A stretch of DNA of 63,999 bases, filler included, from Craspedostauros australis (Eukaryota): assembly GCA_030167865.1 (NCBI GenBank). It is 5 parts of 5 records of this genome, joined end to end, with 100 filler letters (N's around TTAATTAATTAA, not from the genome) between each part and the next. Parts side by side here need not be neighbours in the genome. Positions count along the whole stretch, not along the records: positions 22,228 to 52,705 come from JALAGF010002280.1; 4 more parts are not named here. One strand, given 5' to 3'. A model generated the notes under the pieces. That model did no database searches. It was not told the DNA's origin and worked only from the letters and a program-made list of their open reading frames with translations. The position numbers were made by a program, and so were the translations under genes. This document shows, one piece after another, positions 22,925-35,500 of this stretch (within the stretch, counting starts at the first letter, position 1; each line of letters starts with the position of its first letter).

Positions 22925-25165
22925 TCAAGTCAGCTCTGCCTCCTCATCAAGTAGCAGCCCGGTCACTTCACCTTCATCCAACTCTTCCTCGTCCAGTAAC
23001 TCGACGGAGCAAGCGTGCGCGGCGCATCGGTTGAGCCAATCGACGATCCTGCCTCGGATGGTATCCCATTTGTACCGGATGAGTACGCCGATCGCACCGA
23101 ACGCTAGGATCACCACCAGCACCAGAAATCCCTGCAGAGGTTTGGACAGGTTCCTTGCGACGCGCAGGATGACCACGGTGCCTTCCAACATCAGGCCCAG
23201 CATGCCCAGGCAGAAGATGAGGCAGTTGTTCGACATGCAACCGATCGCGGCAATGGGCACGAACACCAGACAGGACGTCATAATCCAGAGCACGATTTCT
23301 TCGCCCTCGATTTCTCTGCCCCCATAGGAGTACCACGACATGTCAATAAATGTCACCAAGAGCGTCACACCAGCAGATAGGACCATCCACAAGGATACAC
23401 TGTACAAGCCCCAGCAGAACGGCGCCTTGACGACCTTCGTGTCCACGGTGAGCTGGAAGGCACTGGTGTAGAGCCAGATGGCAGAGCCAAGGACCGACCA
23501 GATCAGCATTCCCTGGACGCCCGTCGACCATGGATTCACCAACGCTTCCAGACACATGAAGTTGAGCATCATGCCAAAGTACAGCGTGATGGACGTCGTG
23601 GGAACGGCCTTCTTGATCCAAAGGTATGCGCTGAGAACGGTGATAGGGACCGCGATGGTGAACAGTGACGTGGTGACCCTCCAACGGCTTATTCCACCAT
23701 CGTATTTGCACGACTGTTCGCCGAATGCACTTTTGAGATACCGTTGGTCGCCATCGCTGTCACCGTCACTGCCTTTGTTGGCGGCATCCAGCGCCCTTCC
23801 GCCGTTGGGGTCCTGCCATGGGCCGATAACAGTTGTGCCGTTCGTGAGCTGGCTCCAAACCTTCGTTTCTTTGGTATTTACGTCCATCGAAACAACGGCG
23901 AACCCGTCGAGTCCCTGGGGGTACATCGCATTTACGAGATCGTATTCGTATTTGTCTTGCTTGACCAGGCTCTGATCGGCATAGTCATTTGGCAACCTCT
24001 GCTTGAACCAGACCATGTCGTCAATGGTGGTCAACCCGATGAGTTTGCCACCCACGATGCGTGTTTCATTGAAGGCATCGTACTCTCCGCAGACAAGGTA
24101 TCTGTCGCCAATTGTGGTGGCATCCACAATCACAGAAACGAAGCAAATCTGATTTGCATTGATTGGTGTGGTAGACTCTGGGTCATTGTACCTGACCAGA
24201 GAGCGTGGGTGTGTTTCGTTCCCAAGATAGACCATTAGCACAGGATGGTATATGTTGGAAGTCTCGCCGTCAGCATGTTTCGGATCAAAAATAATGTCGC
24301 CAAGCGATGGGATGCCAGACAGATACGTGACGTCTGTACCGTTGGACATTGGCAAACGGCAGGTTTGAGATGGTGAGAAGCCACGGAAGTGGTTGGTTTT
24401 GTCGTACCATAGACGTACATCGTCAGATGGTAATGCATCATAGTCTGTTTCCCACGTGAGTGGGGCTTGGATCGAAATATATGGGATCTGGCTGCTTCCT
24501 TTGTAATGCCTGTACCTACACGGAAAGACGTGGAAGATGATATAGGCCTGAGGAGCCCCGATGGACAAGATCGCCAGCAGATACCAGAGACTGTGACCGG
24601 CGGAGTAGTCGTATTCTCGAGATGCGGCAGTCTTGGTCCTGGTCTTGGGTGCGACGCTTGCCTTGGAAGTATCGTTGCTGCGGTTGGGTCTGGTCTCTGT
24701 TTCCTCCGGCTCCTCCTCGTCATTGTGACATCCTTGGGATCTTGCGTTCTTCCGAAAAGCATGCGAGTTTGTGTCGTTGACGGCTGCTGCCATGATGTTG
24801 GCTTGGCGTTCCCGTTCGCAATAGGGCAGTACAACGAGCCAAAGCATGACGGAGTAGAGGAATGAGAGGGGGCAGCCCAGGTGCCACCAGTGCCCATGCA
24901 CGTCACACCAAATGAGCAAAGCGATCATGAGCGTGTTGCTGATCACACCAAGAAGCCACCTGCAGATGCAGGCACACGTGCATGTGCACGCGCAGCCACC
25001 AGAGCTGGCACAACATCCTCGATTGCCCTGTTGGATGGTTTTTGCCGTTGCCTCCTTTGCTGGCATGCTGCCTTCATCGTCGTCGTCGTCGTTGTTGTCT
25101 TCGGCATGGCCAAGACGATCGCCCTCTTCCTCCTGATTGCTGTTTGCATCCATGTTATCCTCCAT
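22925..25165 (-). CDS. Uncharacterised multipass membrane protein (~746 aa)
   Basis: Long intact ORF, likely starting MEDNMDANSN. It has about 3 N-terminal TM segments, a ~280-aa soluble loop and about 8 C-terminal TM segments. No family recognised. Confidence 0.75.
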   Translation of the reverse strand: MEDNMDANSNQEEEGDRLGHAEDNNDDDDDEGSMPAKEATAKTIQQGNRGCCASSGGCACTCTCACICRWLLGVISNTLMIALLIWCDVHGHWWHLGCPLSFLYSVMLWLVVLPYCERERQANIMAAAVNDTNSHAFRKNARSQGCHNDEEEPEETETRPNRSNDTSKASVAPKTRTKTAASREYDYSAGHSLWYLLAILSIGAPQAYIIFHVFPCRYRHYKGSSQIPYISIQAPLTWETDYDALPSDDVRLWYDKTNHFRGFSPSQTCRLPMSNGTDVTYLSGIPSLGDIIFDPKHADGETSNIYHPVLMVYLGNETHPRSLVRYNDPESTTPINANQICFVSVIVDATTIGDRYLVCGEYDAFNETRIVGGKLIGLTTIDDMVWFKQRLPNDYADQSLVKQDKYEYDLVNAMYPQGLDGFAVVSMDVNTKETKVWSQLTNGTTVIGPWQDPNGGRALDAANKGSDGDSDGDQRYLKSAFGEQSCKYDGGISRWRVTTSLFTIAVPITVLSAYLWIKKAVPTTSITLYFGMMLNFMCLEALVNPWSTGVQGMLIWSVLGSAIWLYTSAFQLTVDTKVVKAPFCWGLYSVSLWMVLSAGVTLLVTFIDMSWYSYGGREIEGEEIVLWIMTSCLVFVPIAAIGCMSNNCLIFCLGMLGLMLEGTVVILRVARNLSKPLQGFLVLVVILAFGAIGVLIRYKWDTIRGRIVDWLNRCAAHACSVELLDEEELDEGEVTGLLLDEEAELT

Positions 25166-25853
25166 GATATGGTATGATATGGTATGCCGTGCTCGTATCG
25201 ATGATGGTGTCACCTCCTCGTTGTGGCACTTGTATGGGCGAAAGCGTGTGTGCGGGTTCGTGTGTGTGCCATGGGTCGTACCATAGCTCGTACCATGGCT
25301 CGTAGTCGCACCCACAAGAGAGAAGCGAGAGATACAGTGTGCGTCAACAGGCCTGTTTGTTGAACTTCATTCTGGTTCTTCCTTCTGTTTGGGTGTCCCT
25401 GCGCGATGCTGGTCCGCGACCTGCATGTTCGGTGTTGAATCGTGTCTGTTTCTCCAAATCATGTGACGAGGATTGGTATCTTTGATGTCAAGGAGAGGGA
25501 GAGGTGTTCGGCAGAAAGGTGCGAACAACGAGAACGCCAAACAGAACGAGATTCAATTTCTGTCACGTGTTGATGCGCGCCACAACGCGCACATGATGTG
25601 ATACGCTCTGGTTCAACACATACCTGCAATTACTATGAGTAGAGTGTGGTATTCTGCATCCTCTCTCTCTCTCAAAGAGTATGGTACACATCGTGTCTAT
25701 CACTCATTGCTGCGCCATACTTGTATGGTACTGCACACTTTATTCGCGCCAGGGACCATGGCCCCGATACAGGTATCCGGAGGTCGGTAGGCACCCAACT
25801 TTCATCGCCCCTCATTGATCCTCTCCATGCAATCTTGGAACCTCGCTCGCCCA

Positions 25854-27981
25854 TTAGTTGTCAGACTCCGTCGCGGCAATCTCCGTAAGTGCATCCAGCT
25901 GATCTTCGAAGAAGGAGCTCTGCATCGGCCCGATGAAAGGCCACACCAGCTTGCCCACCATGGTGCCAGGCCGACTGACGCTGACGATCTCCACATCCAC
26001 TTCTTGCGTGCCGTCCCGCAGCACGACCGAGACGCGTTCCTCTCCCTTCAGCCAGTGCCCCCTCCGCGTGGCGTAGGCCGTGCTGGTGTACGTGGAGGAC
26101 GGGCCTCGTTGATCCATCAATTCGTAGACGATACGGACGGGATTGACGACCCACAGCAGGGATGGTTGACCAGCGTAGGTGACGAACGGTTTGCCACCGG
26201 CAGGACTCTCGCTTGAGCTTCTGCTGCCGCTACGGTTGCCGCCGAACCAGATGGGGCGATGTCTCTTCGTCCTTGCGAAATCTTGCTGCGCCGTTTCTGG
26301 CAACGACAACGCATGGTAGCTTCTTGACGAATTGGATGGGAATGGTTTGGCGATTTTGGTGGATTGCTGTTCCTTCGTCGATGGCGTATTAGGTTTCTGT
26401 GGTTTCGTAATGGGCAGCATCCCGCGTGTACCAGCCGAGTTGTGGAACTCCCACTCCAACGCAGCGTCGCGCACAGTTTCATAGCACTTCTGACCACGTC
26501 CCACGCACTCCCGCCTGTACTTCAGCACCCGCCATCCCATGACATCGCTCTGCTCTTTTTGAATGCCAGTATTCGCTGTGATTGTCGTCGTCGCACGAGT
26601 GGTCTTCGTTGTTTCGGTTTGCGTTGCATCAGATCCGTGCTGTCGCAATTGTTGGATGACGAGATCTGGCCACCATCGTGGGTTCGTTTTCTGTTCCATC
26701 GGCGTTTGCATGCTCAGGTTGTGACTTGTGCTGAGCGTGGACGTGGATGCAGATGGTGACAACGGCAGCGATGGCTGGTGTCGTTGCTTTCGGCGTATGG
26801 TGCGTGCTGCGGGTATGACTATTTCAGCGTTGCTCTTTGTTCCGTCGTGCAACTCTCTTCCACGAAACAAACCAAGGGGAATACTACCACTCCTACTACC
26901 ACTTCCATCAACATCACGACCAAGAAGGCTCGCATTGGCAGCCAGCTCATCTTTAGCATCCTTGTTCATGTTGACGTTCGCGGAAGCAATCATGCCGCCG
27001 TATTCATCGTGCTGCTTGGGCAAAGACACATGGAGGCATGAGTTTGTCATGCCAACATAGTCTGGTGGCCACGTGAACATTGCATTGTATGGTGTATGTG
27101 GTAGATCAGGGCGACAGCGGAATGGGCAGAAATGCGCAAGTGACAAGCACAGTGTTGTTGAGCGACGTTCAATCATGATGCTGAGATAGGTGTCATGCGA
27201 GAGTGATGCGTGCTATCTCCACAATACGGATACGGAGTGCATACATGCAAGCGCTGCGGAACTAAACGCTGTGTCAAGCTATGGCTACCGCCACAGCACG
27301 TATTGTATTGCACGCAACTGTGTAACTGTGTAAGCGCGCAACTACTCCCACCACGTTCTGCTCACCATGATTAAAATCCGAGCACAGCGATCCGCGACAT
27401 TGATGATCGCTGATGAAGTCAAGTTCATCGGTGGAGGAATCGAACCACCCCGCCACACGTTGCAAGGTGGGATGATGCCTTCTCAAGATGGTGCCATGAT
27501 GATTCTGTTTCGATTCTTTGGGATCATCGTCTTGCCTGATCCGATTCTGTTTGTTGATGGTGTTGTTGATGTTGCTGGTGCTGTATTTGCGTTTCATGAT
27601 GCGCCGGATGGTGAGATTGCTCCACAGTCTGCGTGCAGACGGGCCCCTGTCCTTGGGCACCAAGCCGACGGAAAACCGAGATGGTTCCCACTCCTGATCC
27701 GCATCATCGTTGTTCGTTCGAGTATCTGTGGTTGTCTTGTAGCGCCGCGAATCACGGCCAACCCGTCTTCGCGGGTCAGATGATGATGAACGCGATGCTG
27801 GTGTTTTGGGCATAGCCGCAGCAGCAGCAGCCGTGACAACGGGAGGATCAGTTGCGGCCGTCGCTTGCACGAAGCCGACATTGCCTTTGTTACTGCCATT
27901 GCCTTTGTTACTGCTGTTTGTGGTGAAGAACAGAAGAGCAAGGACGCACACCGCGATCGATGGCTGATGACGACGGAGCAT
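25854..27981 (-). CDS. DUF1990 (UPF0548) family protein with N-terminal signal peptide (exons 27981-27366, 27061-25854; 607 aa)
   Basis: Phase-1 intron 27365-27062 (GTGAGC...CCAG) gives SDFNHDYVGMT. Family motifs: VGRGQKCYE...ALEW, NPVRIVY, AYATRRGHWLKGEERVSV, EIVSVSRP, WPFIGPMQSSFF. Confidence 0.8.
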
Positions 27982-29289
27982 GTTGCCAAACGTTGATGCG
28001 AGTATGTACTCCAGGTATCATACAATGTAATTGATCATATAGTGCGAGTAGGTGGTTGGCCCGATCAACTCTGCGCACCGTTCGCCAAGAATGAGGTGGA
28101 TGATGTTGAAGTGGCTATTGTTCCAAACGCTGTGGATGATGAGGCAACTCGCATTGCGAATCTTGTCGATGTTGTCGATGCTGTCGTTGTTGTCACCATC
28201 ACTCGATCACTCCATTATCATTGGTGTCATGTTGGCTATTGCCGCGGTGTTGTTGCATTCTCCGTCACTCTCTCTCTCTCTCTCGCTCTCCCCTTCTTCT
28301 GGAAGTGGATCACGTGTGGAGGTGCCTCTCTTGTGTCGTCATGTGTTCAATGCGTTCCACCTTGTTGCAACTGCACACAACACGGACACATGGCAGCTGT
28401 TGTTGATGTTGATCAGATCCCCACACACCAACCGTTTCGCCTCCGAAACTTGTTGTTTGCGGATCGCCGCCTTCGCAAACGATGGTGGGTTGTGATTGGT
28501 CGCAACCGTGACACCGCCCATGTCAATGCATCACGCGATGACATCACGAACGTGATGTGCCACGCGCCACACGCAAGCGCAAGCGTGAGCGTGTTGAGGA
28601 AGACATACCGACGACTGACAGACAGGCATAGCGCTTAGTCAAACAGGTCCAAGACGGCAAATCTGGATCACACCCAGCAAACAATCAAAGAACATTGCGT
28701 CAACAGTCGTTTTCTCCGAATTACCGAAGAGTGACATTCTTGTATTGTCTGCTCGGTCAATTGATCCACATGTGCGCGTTGTATTGGCGCATGAACGGCA
28801 TATTTCGCCGCGTTCTGGTTGCTCGATTCCTCTGCCCTGTCGCAAGAAAGTGCGCTTTTAAGCGTCGTTGGCGCGACAAAGCGGAGCGCCTCGGAAACAG
28901 TGGACGAACTTTGCGCTTTTGCCTTGCGGTGTGTTGTGTTGTGGTGAGGCGCTTGGTGGTGCACGCACGAGTGGACGGAATCGTCCCTTAGTCTCACATA
29001 ATTCTAGTGTGATCTCAATCGAAACCATCACCTTCATCATCGTCATAATCATTACAATCGATACAATCGTTACAATAACCATCAACAGCAACATCGACAG
29101 CAACACCGACATCGTCATCGACAAGGACAGGCCGCAACACAACAAGCTGAAGGAGCAGAAGCAGAAGCCAGCACAGGACCGACCAGCAAGCGTCACACTG
29201 AGCGAGGAACTCAAGCAGCAATAGCACCATTGGCGACAGACCAACATCGGCTGCAGCACACTTGCCATACAAACGACAACAACAACAAC

Positions 29290-30909
29290 ATGACAGAGTG
29301 GAGAACAATGACCAAACAGGGGTCGCGGAATCGCAACGACAGCTTTGGCAGCAGCAGCGGAAGCGAGAGCGAGAGCGAGATGACAAGAAAAATGGGCGCC
29401 GATGAGCGAGGACGGCGGACGATGTCGGCACCAGACCGATCTCCCTCCACCACCATGACATCCATGGCGGACGACCGTGACAACGACAACACTGACAACA
29501 ACAGCAACACTGATAACAGCGGCGCCGGCGGCAACCACCCAGCGACAGGATCACAGCAGCAGTTCCGCCTGCCGTTCCCTTGGGCGCTGTACGACATGCT
29601 GGAAGATGCCGAGCCGGAAGGATTCAGCGAGATCGTCTCGTGGAATTCGGACGGCACCGCCTTCAAGGTCTACAACACGTCGGCCTTCGCGGAGAAGATC
29701 GCGGGCCGCTACTTCCGCCAGACCAAGTACAAGTCCTTCCTGCGCCAGCTGCACCTCTACGGCTTCGACCGCATCGTCAAGGGACCCAACAAGGGCTTCC
29801 GCATGCACGATCTCTTCCGCAGAGGCGACAGGCCGATGGGCTCGCTCATGAAGCCGACCAAGTCCAGGACGCGCACCTCCGCGGCAGTGCAGCGTGGGAA
29901 GCAGCAGCTGCGGCGCCAGCAGGAGCAGAACATGCAGCTACGTCGACAGCAGGAGCACCAACATCACCAACAGCACCAGCATCAACAGCAGCAGCATCAA
30001 GAGAAGCGGAACTTTGCAGTGCACTTCGGACCCGGAGTTGCGGCGCAGAACAACAGCACCAACAGGGCGATGCCGGCTGCCATTCACACTCTCCCCATGT
30101 TCGTATCGACGCCGGTGGAGCACGTGGGCGGGGACACCGTCGCGGCCCGGACGATCAGAGAAGCCCAGGCGCTGCTTGGGACGGACGCGACTCCCATCGG
30201 CTCGCTCACCGGAGCCGGTCCAGGACCCATGCGCTCCCAGGTGCACCACAACACCAGCATCGGGGCGTTCTCCTTCGAGAACGAGATCCCCAGCTCGGAG
30301 ATGCTCGTCAGCAAGATGAGGAACGCCATCATGCGTCTGCCGTCCTACTCCAAGATGCTCGGCTCCGCCTCCCTCCAGTCCCTGCAGGGCATCCCGTCCA
30401 TCGGCTCGGCCGCGGACGGCAACACGCACATCAACCGGGCGTTCAACGAGAGCCAGAGCAGACGCGTCACCCTCGCCACCAACAGCGGAAGCGCCAACAA
30501 CGACCAGTTCCTCAACGCGGCCGATGACAACCTCTTCGACGATGACACCATGAACGTGTTCGAGGAGACCACCCCAGGAGGCTGCGCCCACGCAACCTCC
30601 GCGGCAGCATCGATATCGCCCACCACCATTCCGCGCCCGGTGTCCAACTCATCGGTCGCGAGCATCCTAGGAACGCCGGTGCTCAGCGACCTCCTCAAGA
30701 GGCTGGAACCCACCCCCATCCAGCCCCACAGCAACACCACCATCAACGTCGTTCCCTGCCAGCAACCAGAACTCGTGCCTGGTCTTTTCCCAACATCGCG
30801 GGTCCCACTGCCATCGTCGTCCGCGACAGCAGGAGCAGGAGCAAGAGCACCACTGCAACAGGCCAACATGCACATGATGTTGGAAGCACTTCGCGCTCGC
30901 GCGGCATAG
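29290..30909 (+). CDS. HSF: Heat shock factor (HSF-type DNA-binding domain) transcription factor
   Basis: PFPWALYDML...IVSWNSDGTAFKV...RYFRQTKYKSFLRQLHLYGFDRI...HDLFRRG, followed by a Q/H-rich region. Start codon uncertain. Confidence 0.92.
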   Translation: MTEWRTMTKQGSRNRNDSFGSSSGSESESEMTRKMGADERGRRTMSAPDRSPSTTMTSMADDRDNDNTDNNSNTDNSGAGGNHPATGSQQQFRLPFPWALYDMLEDAEPEGFSEIVSWNSDGTAFKVYNTSAFAEKIAGRYFRQTKYKSFLRQLHLYGFDRIVKGPNKGFRMHDLFRRGDRPMGSLMKPTKSRTRTSAAVQRGKQQLRRQQEQNMQLRRQQEHQHHQQHQHQQQQHQEKRNFAVHFGPGVAAQNNSTNRAMPAAIHTLPMFVSTPVEHVGGDTVAARTIREAQALLGTDATPIGSLTGAGPGPMRSQVHHNTSIGAFSFENEIPSSEMLVSKMRNAIMRLPSYSKMLGSASLQSLQGIPSIGSAADGNTHINRAFNESQSRRVTLATNSGSANNDQFLNAADDNLFDDDTMNVFEETTPGGCAHATSAAASISPTTIPRPVSNSSVASILGTPVLSDLLKRLEPTPIQPHSNTTINVVPCQQPELVPGLFPTSRVPLPSSSATAGAGARAPLQQANMHMMLEALRARAA

Positions 30910-32549
30910 TGTGTCTGACGTTGCTGCTGCTGCTGCTCTTGCCGTTGTGGGTGGCTATTGGCGTTACGACTACTCCACACAAGAAGACATGGGGACATGC
31001 AATGCTCGACTACACTACCACCTCCTGCTGCTGCTGCTGCCTGCTTTATCACAATTTTCAATCTGCTTTTGAGACAGCAGTCGCCAGCACCAACTACAAC
31101 AGCACAGCCGGCATCTCTCCCCATGATCATGATACTGATGATGATCATCATCATCAATATCCGTCACCAATCACAAAGCCAAACACAGCTGCAACAGGCA
31201 GCATCTATACCGGCAATACTACAACAACAGCCACGACAACATCATCTCCACGATGGATTCATCGAAAGGGCAAAGCCTACCTGTACCTTGCACGCACTTG
31301 CAAGGATACACACACACACGCGCGAGTGTATGCGTCTACATGCATGCAAGCAACGCAACGATCCCATCCTTTTTCCGTTTTTCTTTGCGCCATACATGCA
31401 AATCCATTACACGCATACACACACGCACACGCAAGCACATCCACAGGGGGGAGTGCATTTCCATATTTTGACAACAACAACAACCACCTACAATTCCAAC
31501 AGGGCTACTACCAATACGGTGCATCATCCTGGTCATCTTCTTGACACGACAGAGATGCGACGGTTTCCTCTAGAGAGCCTTGGCCCACCTGCGAGTATTC
31601 TTGCTCCAAAGCTATTCTGCTCCAACAACTCATTACGGGGGAGGACGGATGCTCTACTATGCTTCACAAGAAAAGACTACTCCGCAGGTGCGATCCGCTC
31701 TACTCAACAAATAGGCGACGAGTTTTGATCCACAACCTTGGCCTGAGCAGGGGCAAAAGCAACGCGCGCGCGAGACGCCAGCTTTATCCTGCGCAGGTCC
31801 TTGGTCTTCTCTTCTCTTACATTTGCTGGTTAGCCGGTTGTCTTGTCGGTCCACTGTTTCTGCGCTCCCTCCGGATTTCTTTGCTACCCCCATTCCTCCG
31901 TAGTTCCGTTTGCCGCCACCGGTGCATCCGAATTTATGGCCCAGCCGGTTTCTTTCAGCTTTTATCCGCGCTTCACATAGCCCCATTTCACCGTGGAGGA
32001 ACAACTCTGGCATCTCTCCGAGATTTTCAGATCTTAAGGTCTCCTCTTCGCGAAAGGCGCGTGCCTCGTGGAACATGACGAACAACAACAACTCTGCCGA
32101 GAACGACTGAAACCGGCGAAACGGCTGAATACAAACGACCGAAGGAACATGCCTGCGCAAAGACCAACGAAATATCACCGAAGCGCAGTGATGTCGGATA
32201 TTTGAGAAATGTCCGCAAGAGTTGCGGTAATTTTGTATAACCTAACAAAATGATATGAAACGAATCAAGTCACGACCAAAAATGAGACAGCTAGTCGTAT
32301 GTCTATGATGAATCTATGAAGGACGAGCTAAACATAGATGTGACCACGATCCGCATCGCTGTGGGCACACAACACGAGGAGACAAAGCAACAGCCGCCCA
32401 CGTTCAAGGATAGTAGACTCATGAGTGGTATTACGACCTACACTAGATACTATTGCGAGCTATTATATAATGTAATATCAACTCGGATACTTCGTGCATT
32501 CGTCCTAACATGGCATGATGCGCTGCGCTGCGCTGCGTTGCAATACCCG

Positions 32550-35500
32550 CTATCTCTTGCGAGACGACGAACCGTGCGAATGGCTGTGGTAGTTCTGGTG
32601 ATGGTTGCTGCCGCTGTGATGCCCATGAGTTCCACGGTCATTCCCACTGTGGTGGGACCTGCCATGCTTTGATTGGCCGCACTGAGATAGCGTGATCATG
32701 TCAAACCGATCGTCCACCTTGCTGTAGAGCAGCGCCGTTATCAGCGAAGATCGGAAGGGTGCTGAGGATGATGGCGACGACGACGACATCACCAGCGATG
32801 AGGCTGACAAAGACAGAGACGACGAGTGCCCAGATGCGGAAGACGAAGCGGCAAGGGCCGAGGCCAGCAATGATGGCGAGGACGAGGACGGCCCTGAAGA
32901 TGATGAGGATGACGTCCTGTTGCCATGGTGGCGTGATGATGCCGAACAGCCACTTAACGCCGATGAAGGATTCGACCACAGTCCTTGACGCCTCATGAAG
33001 GAATCGATGGCGCTGGCCAGGGTCTTCATGGATCGTTTGTACTTCGGATACCGGTCGACGATCTCCAGGTAGGTACCCATGGCGCTCTGCTCCCGGTCGG
33101 ACTTCCTCATCAGCATGGTGCCAAAGTCTCGGAGGCACCAAAACGACGCGTCGCTGACAGCGAATACGGGCACCGAACCAGTTCCAGCGGACGATGACGC
33201 CCCACCGCTGCCAGTGCCACTTCCGCCGCCGTTGCCACCAGCTGCGCCTCCGTCATTCGGCCGTACCAGCCCGTCCAAGTAGCTCTCGGCGGACATGCTT
33301 ATGCCTCTCATGATCTTCAAGTAAGACTTCCATTGCGACGTCTCGCTCTTGGAGACTTCACGATCGTTGCTAAAGTACTGGTCGTTGTCAACGTAGATGC
33401 ATTCCACGCTCGAGAGATGATGCGCTGAAGAAGAAGGCTTGTCGCGTATGCTTAGCCCGAACAGCGGCGCCTCTGCCATGTCATTCGCACCACCGATCTG
33501 ATCGTCGCCCCGACCCTTCTCATCGCAGATGATATCGACGAGGTCATCAATATGCACGAAATCCTCGCCCGATGAGATGAACGACGACATGCTATCCTGC
33601 TCCACGCGGCGTAACCGCACGGACCTCTTGTCACGCAGCAGATGCGGTTGCACGATCACGATGTATTCCACCTTCATCAATGCGCAGACGCCCATGAGTT
33701 CCTCAAGCGACCAATCGCTGTTGCTGGGGTCGGGCGATGCGTAATCAGGCTGCTGGTCATCCCGCATCCTCTTCAGCAGGCTCAGCATGACACCGCTGTG
33801 CGTCAAGTACTCGGCGGAGATCCCGCTCGCCCACAGCTTCGAGGCGACCAGGAATCGTTCCGGCGCAGTCTCGGGGTCCATGCCGTTCGCCGACGCCACG
33901 ATGCACGTGATCGGGGTGACGAAGTCGAATGGGTGACCCAGGCAGCTGCGAAGAACGTCGATTCCCTTCTTGTCGGCATCCAGCAGCTCCTTCAGGTCCT
34001 TGCTAACATTGGCGCGAATGGAGTACGCGTGAAGGTAGATGTACTCCACCAGCCGGCCGATGGTCACGCGCATGCCAACGCAGACGGGGATCGGCGCTTG
34101 TGTGTAAAAGTTGATCAGCGCTGATCCGAAGTTGCCCGGCGGCCTGTACCTTCTCACCAACTCACTGTACTGCCCTCCCTCGGCGAACTTGATCCCTTTG
34201 CCCGACGGAGAAACGAACTCATCGATGTCCACAACGTCCTCCATATCATCGAAGAAATCCGGCTTGAGCACGACGCAATTGAACAGGATACCGCCGTGGT
34301 AGTGCCTGCGGCGTTGTCGCAGACCGAGATCCAACGATGCGTAGAACGGTCTGCTGAAGGAATTGGAGGACGCGGCGGAAGCCGAAAGCGGCGCCGTGGA
34401 TTGGAACTGCTGCCTCGACCCGATGAGAGGCGCAATGCCAAGCTCATCCATCATCTCCACGAGGTTTTTGACAAGCTTGAGACCTCTCGCTGCATCCTCG
34501 AACCTCTTGGCTCTCTTCGGTTCGATCATGGCCTGCTGCATGGACGCGACCTTGGCGATGGCATCCTTCAGCCCGTCTATGGCAGCAATGATGTTTGGCG
34601 AGAGAGGTTGGCATGTCTCCAGGAAGCAGCGTAGCTTCTTGGCGGCATCTTCTGGCATGTTGGTGTCTTCGAGGAATGTGGTGTATCGTTCATCGAATGT
34701 ACCGCCACCACCACCGCTACCACCACTATTCCCGACTTTGTCGCCGCTGTTCTTTCGTTTGAATGTCTTGCTATTCTTGATGGGAAGGTACGTCACTGCC
34801 GTGGCCGGGGTTGGTGCTGTGATCTGACTGAGAAGCTGGAAGCACTTTCTGCGCACCTGCTCTTTCTGCGGAACGCCGCAAAGGTCCAGGATGGCATCCG
34901 TGAGCTTCGTGTTGGTGAGACGCAAGAACCATGGTGACGAGTTGGTACGCTTGACAAGTTCAGATGCGGATGCGTTCTCGTGGTTAGTTGGCAGGAGGGT
35001 GGCGACCTGAGAGGCAACGAGGATCGTCTCGGAGACGAAGTACAGCAGCTGCTTGTGATTCTCATGAATGATGTCGAAGGATGCCTCCATTGATTCTCTG
35101 GGATGGCCGCCGGTCATCGACTTGTGATACACCTTGCCAACATCATACCGCTTGAGATGCGATGTCGCTGTCCCGCCACGTCCAATAGTCCTTGCAAATG
35201 AAGCAGTGAGATCTTCTGGCAACAGCAAAACAGTGCCGCGCTGGTTGATCAGCTCTGCGGGACCACCGACTGCCTTGGCCGACATCTTGGGCCTTGGTCT
35301 CAGCAATGGACACTGCAAACGGACGGCGCCATGGCATTCAAACACAGCTCGCAACCGATCGCAGATGGTCTGCACCACGCTAGCATCAGCACCGTGCACT
35401 CCATCAAGCGCGCCCGTGACAGCAGCTGACGACGCTGCCTTCATGGCGAGAATACCTGCCATGCGTTGCGCGGCTCGTTTCAGCATGCCCTTGCCACCCT

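Noticed and set aside
30909..31728. ORFs of 211-256 aa immediately after the HSF stop codon
   Set aside because: They are composed of CTG, CAT and CA microsatellites typical of a 3' UTR.
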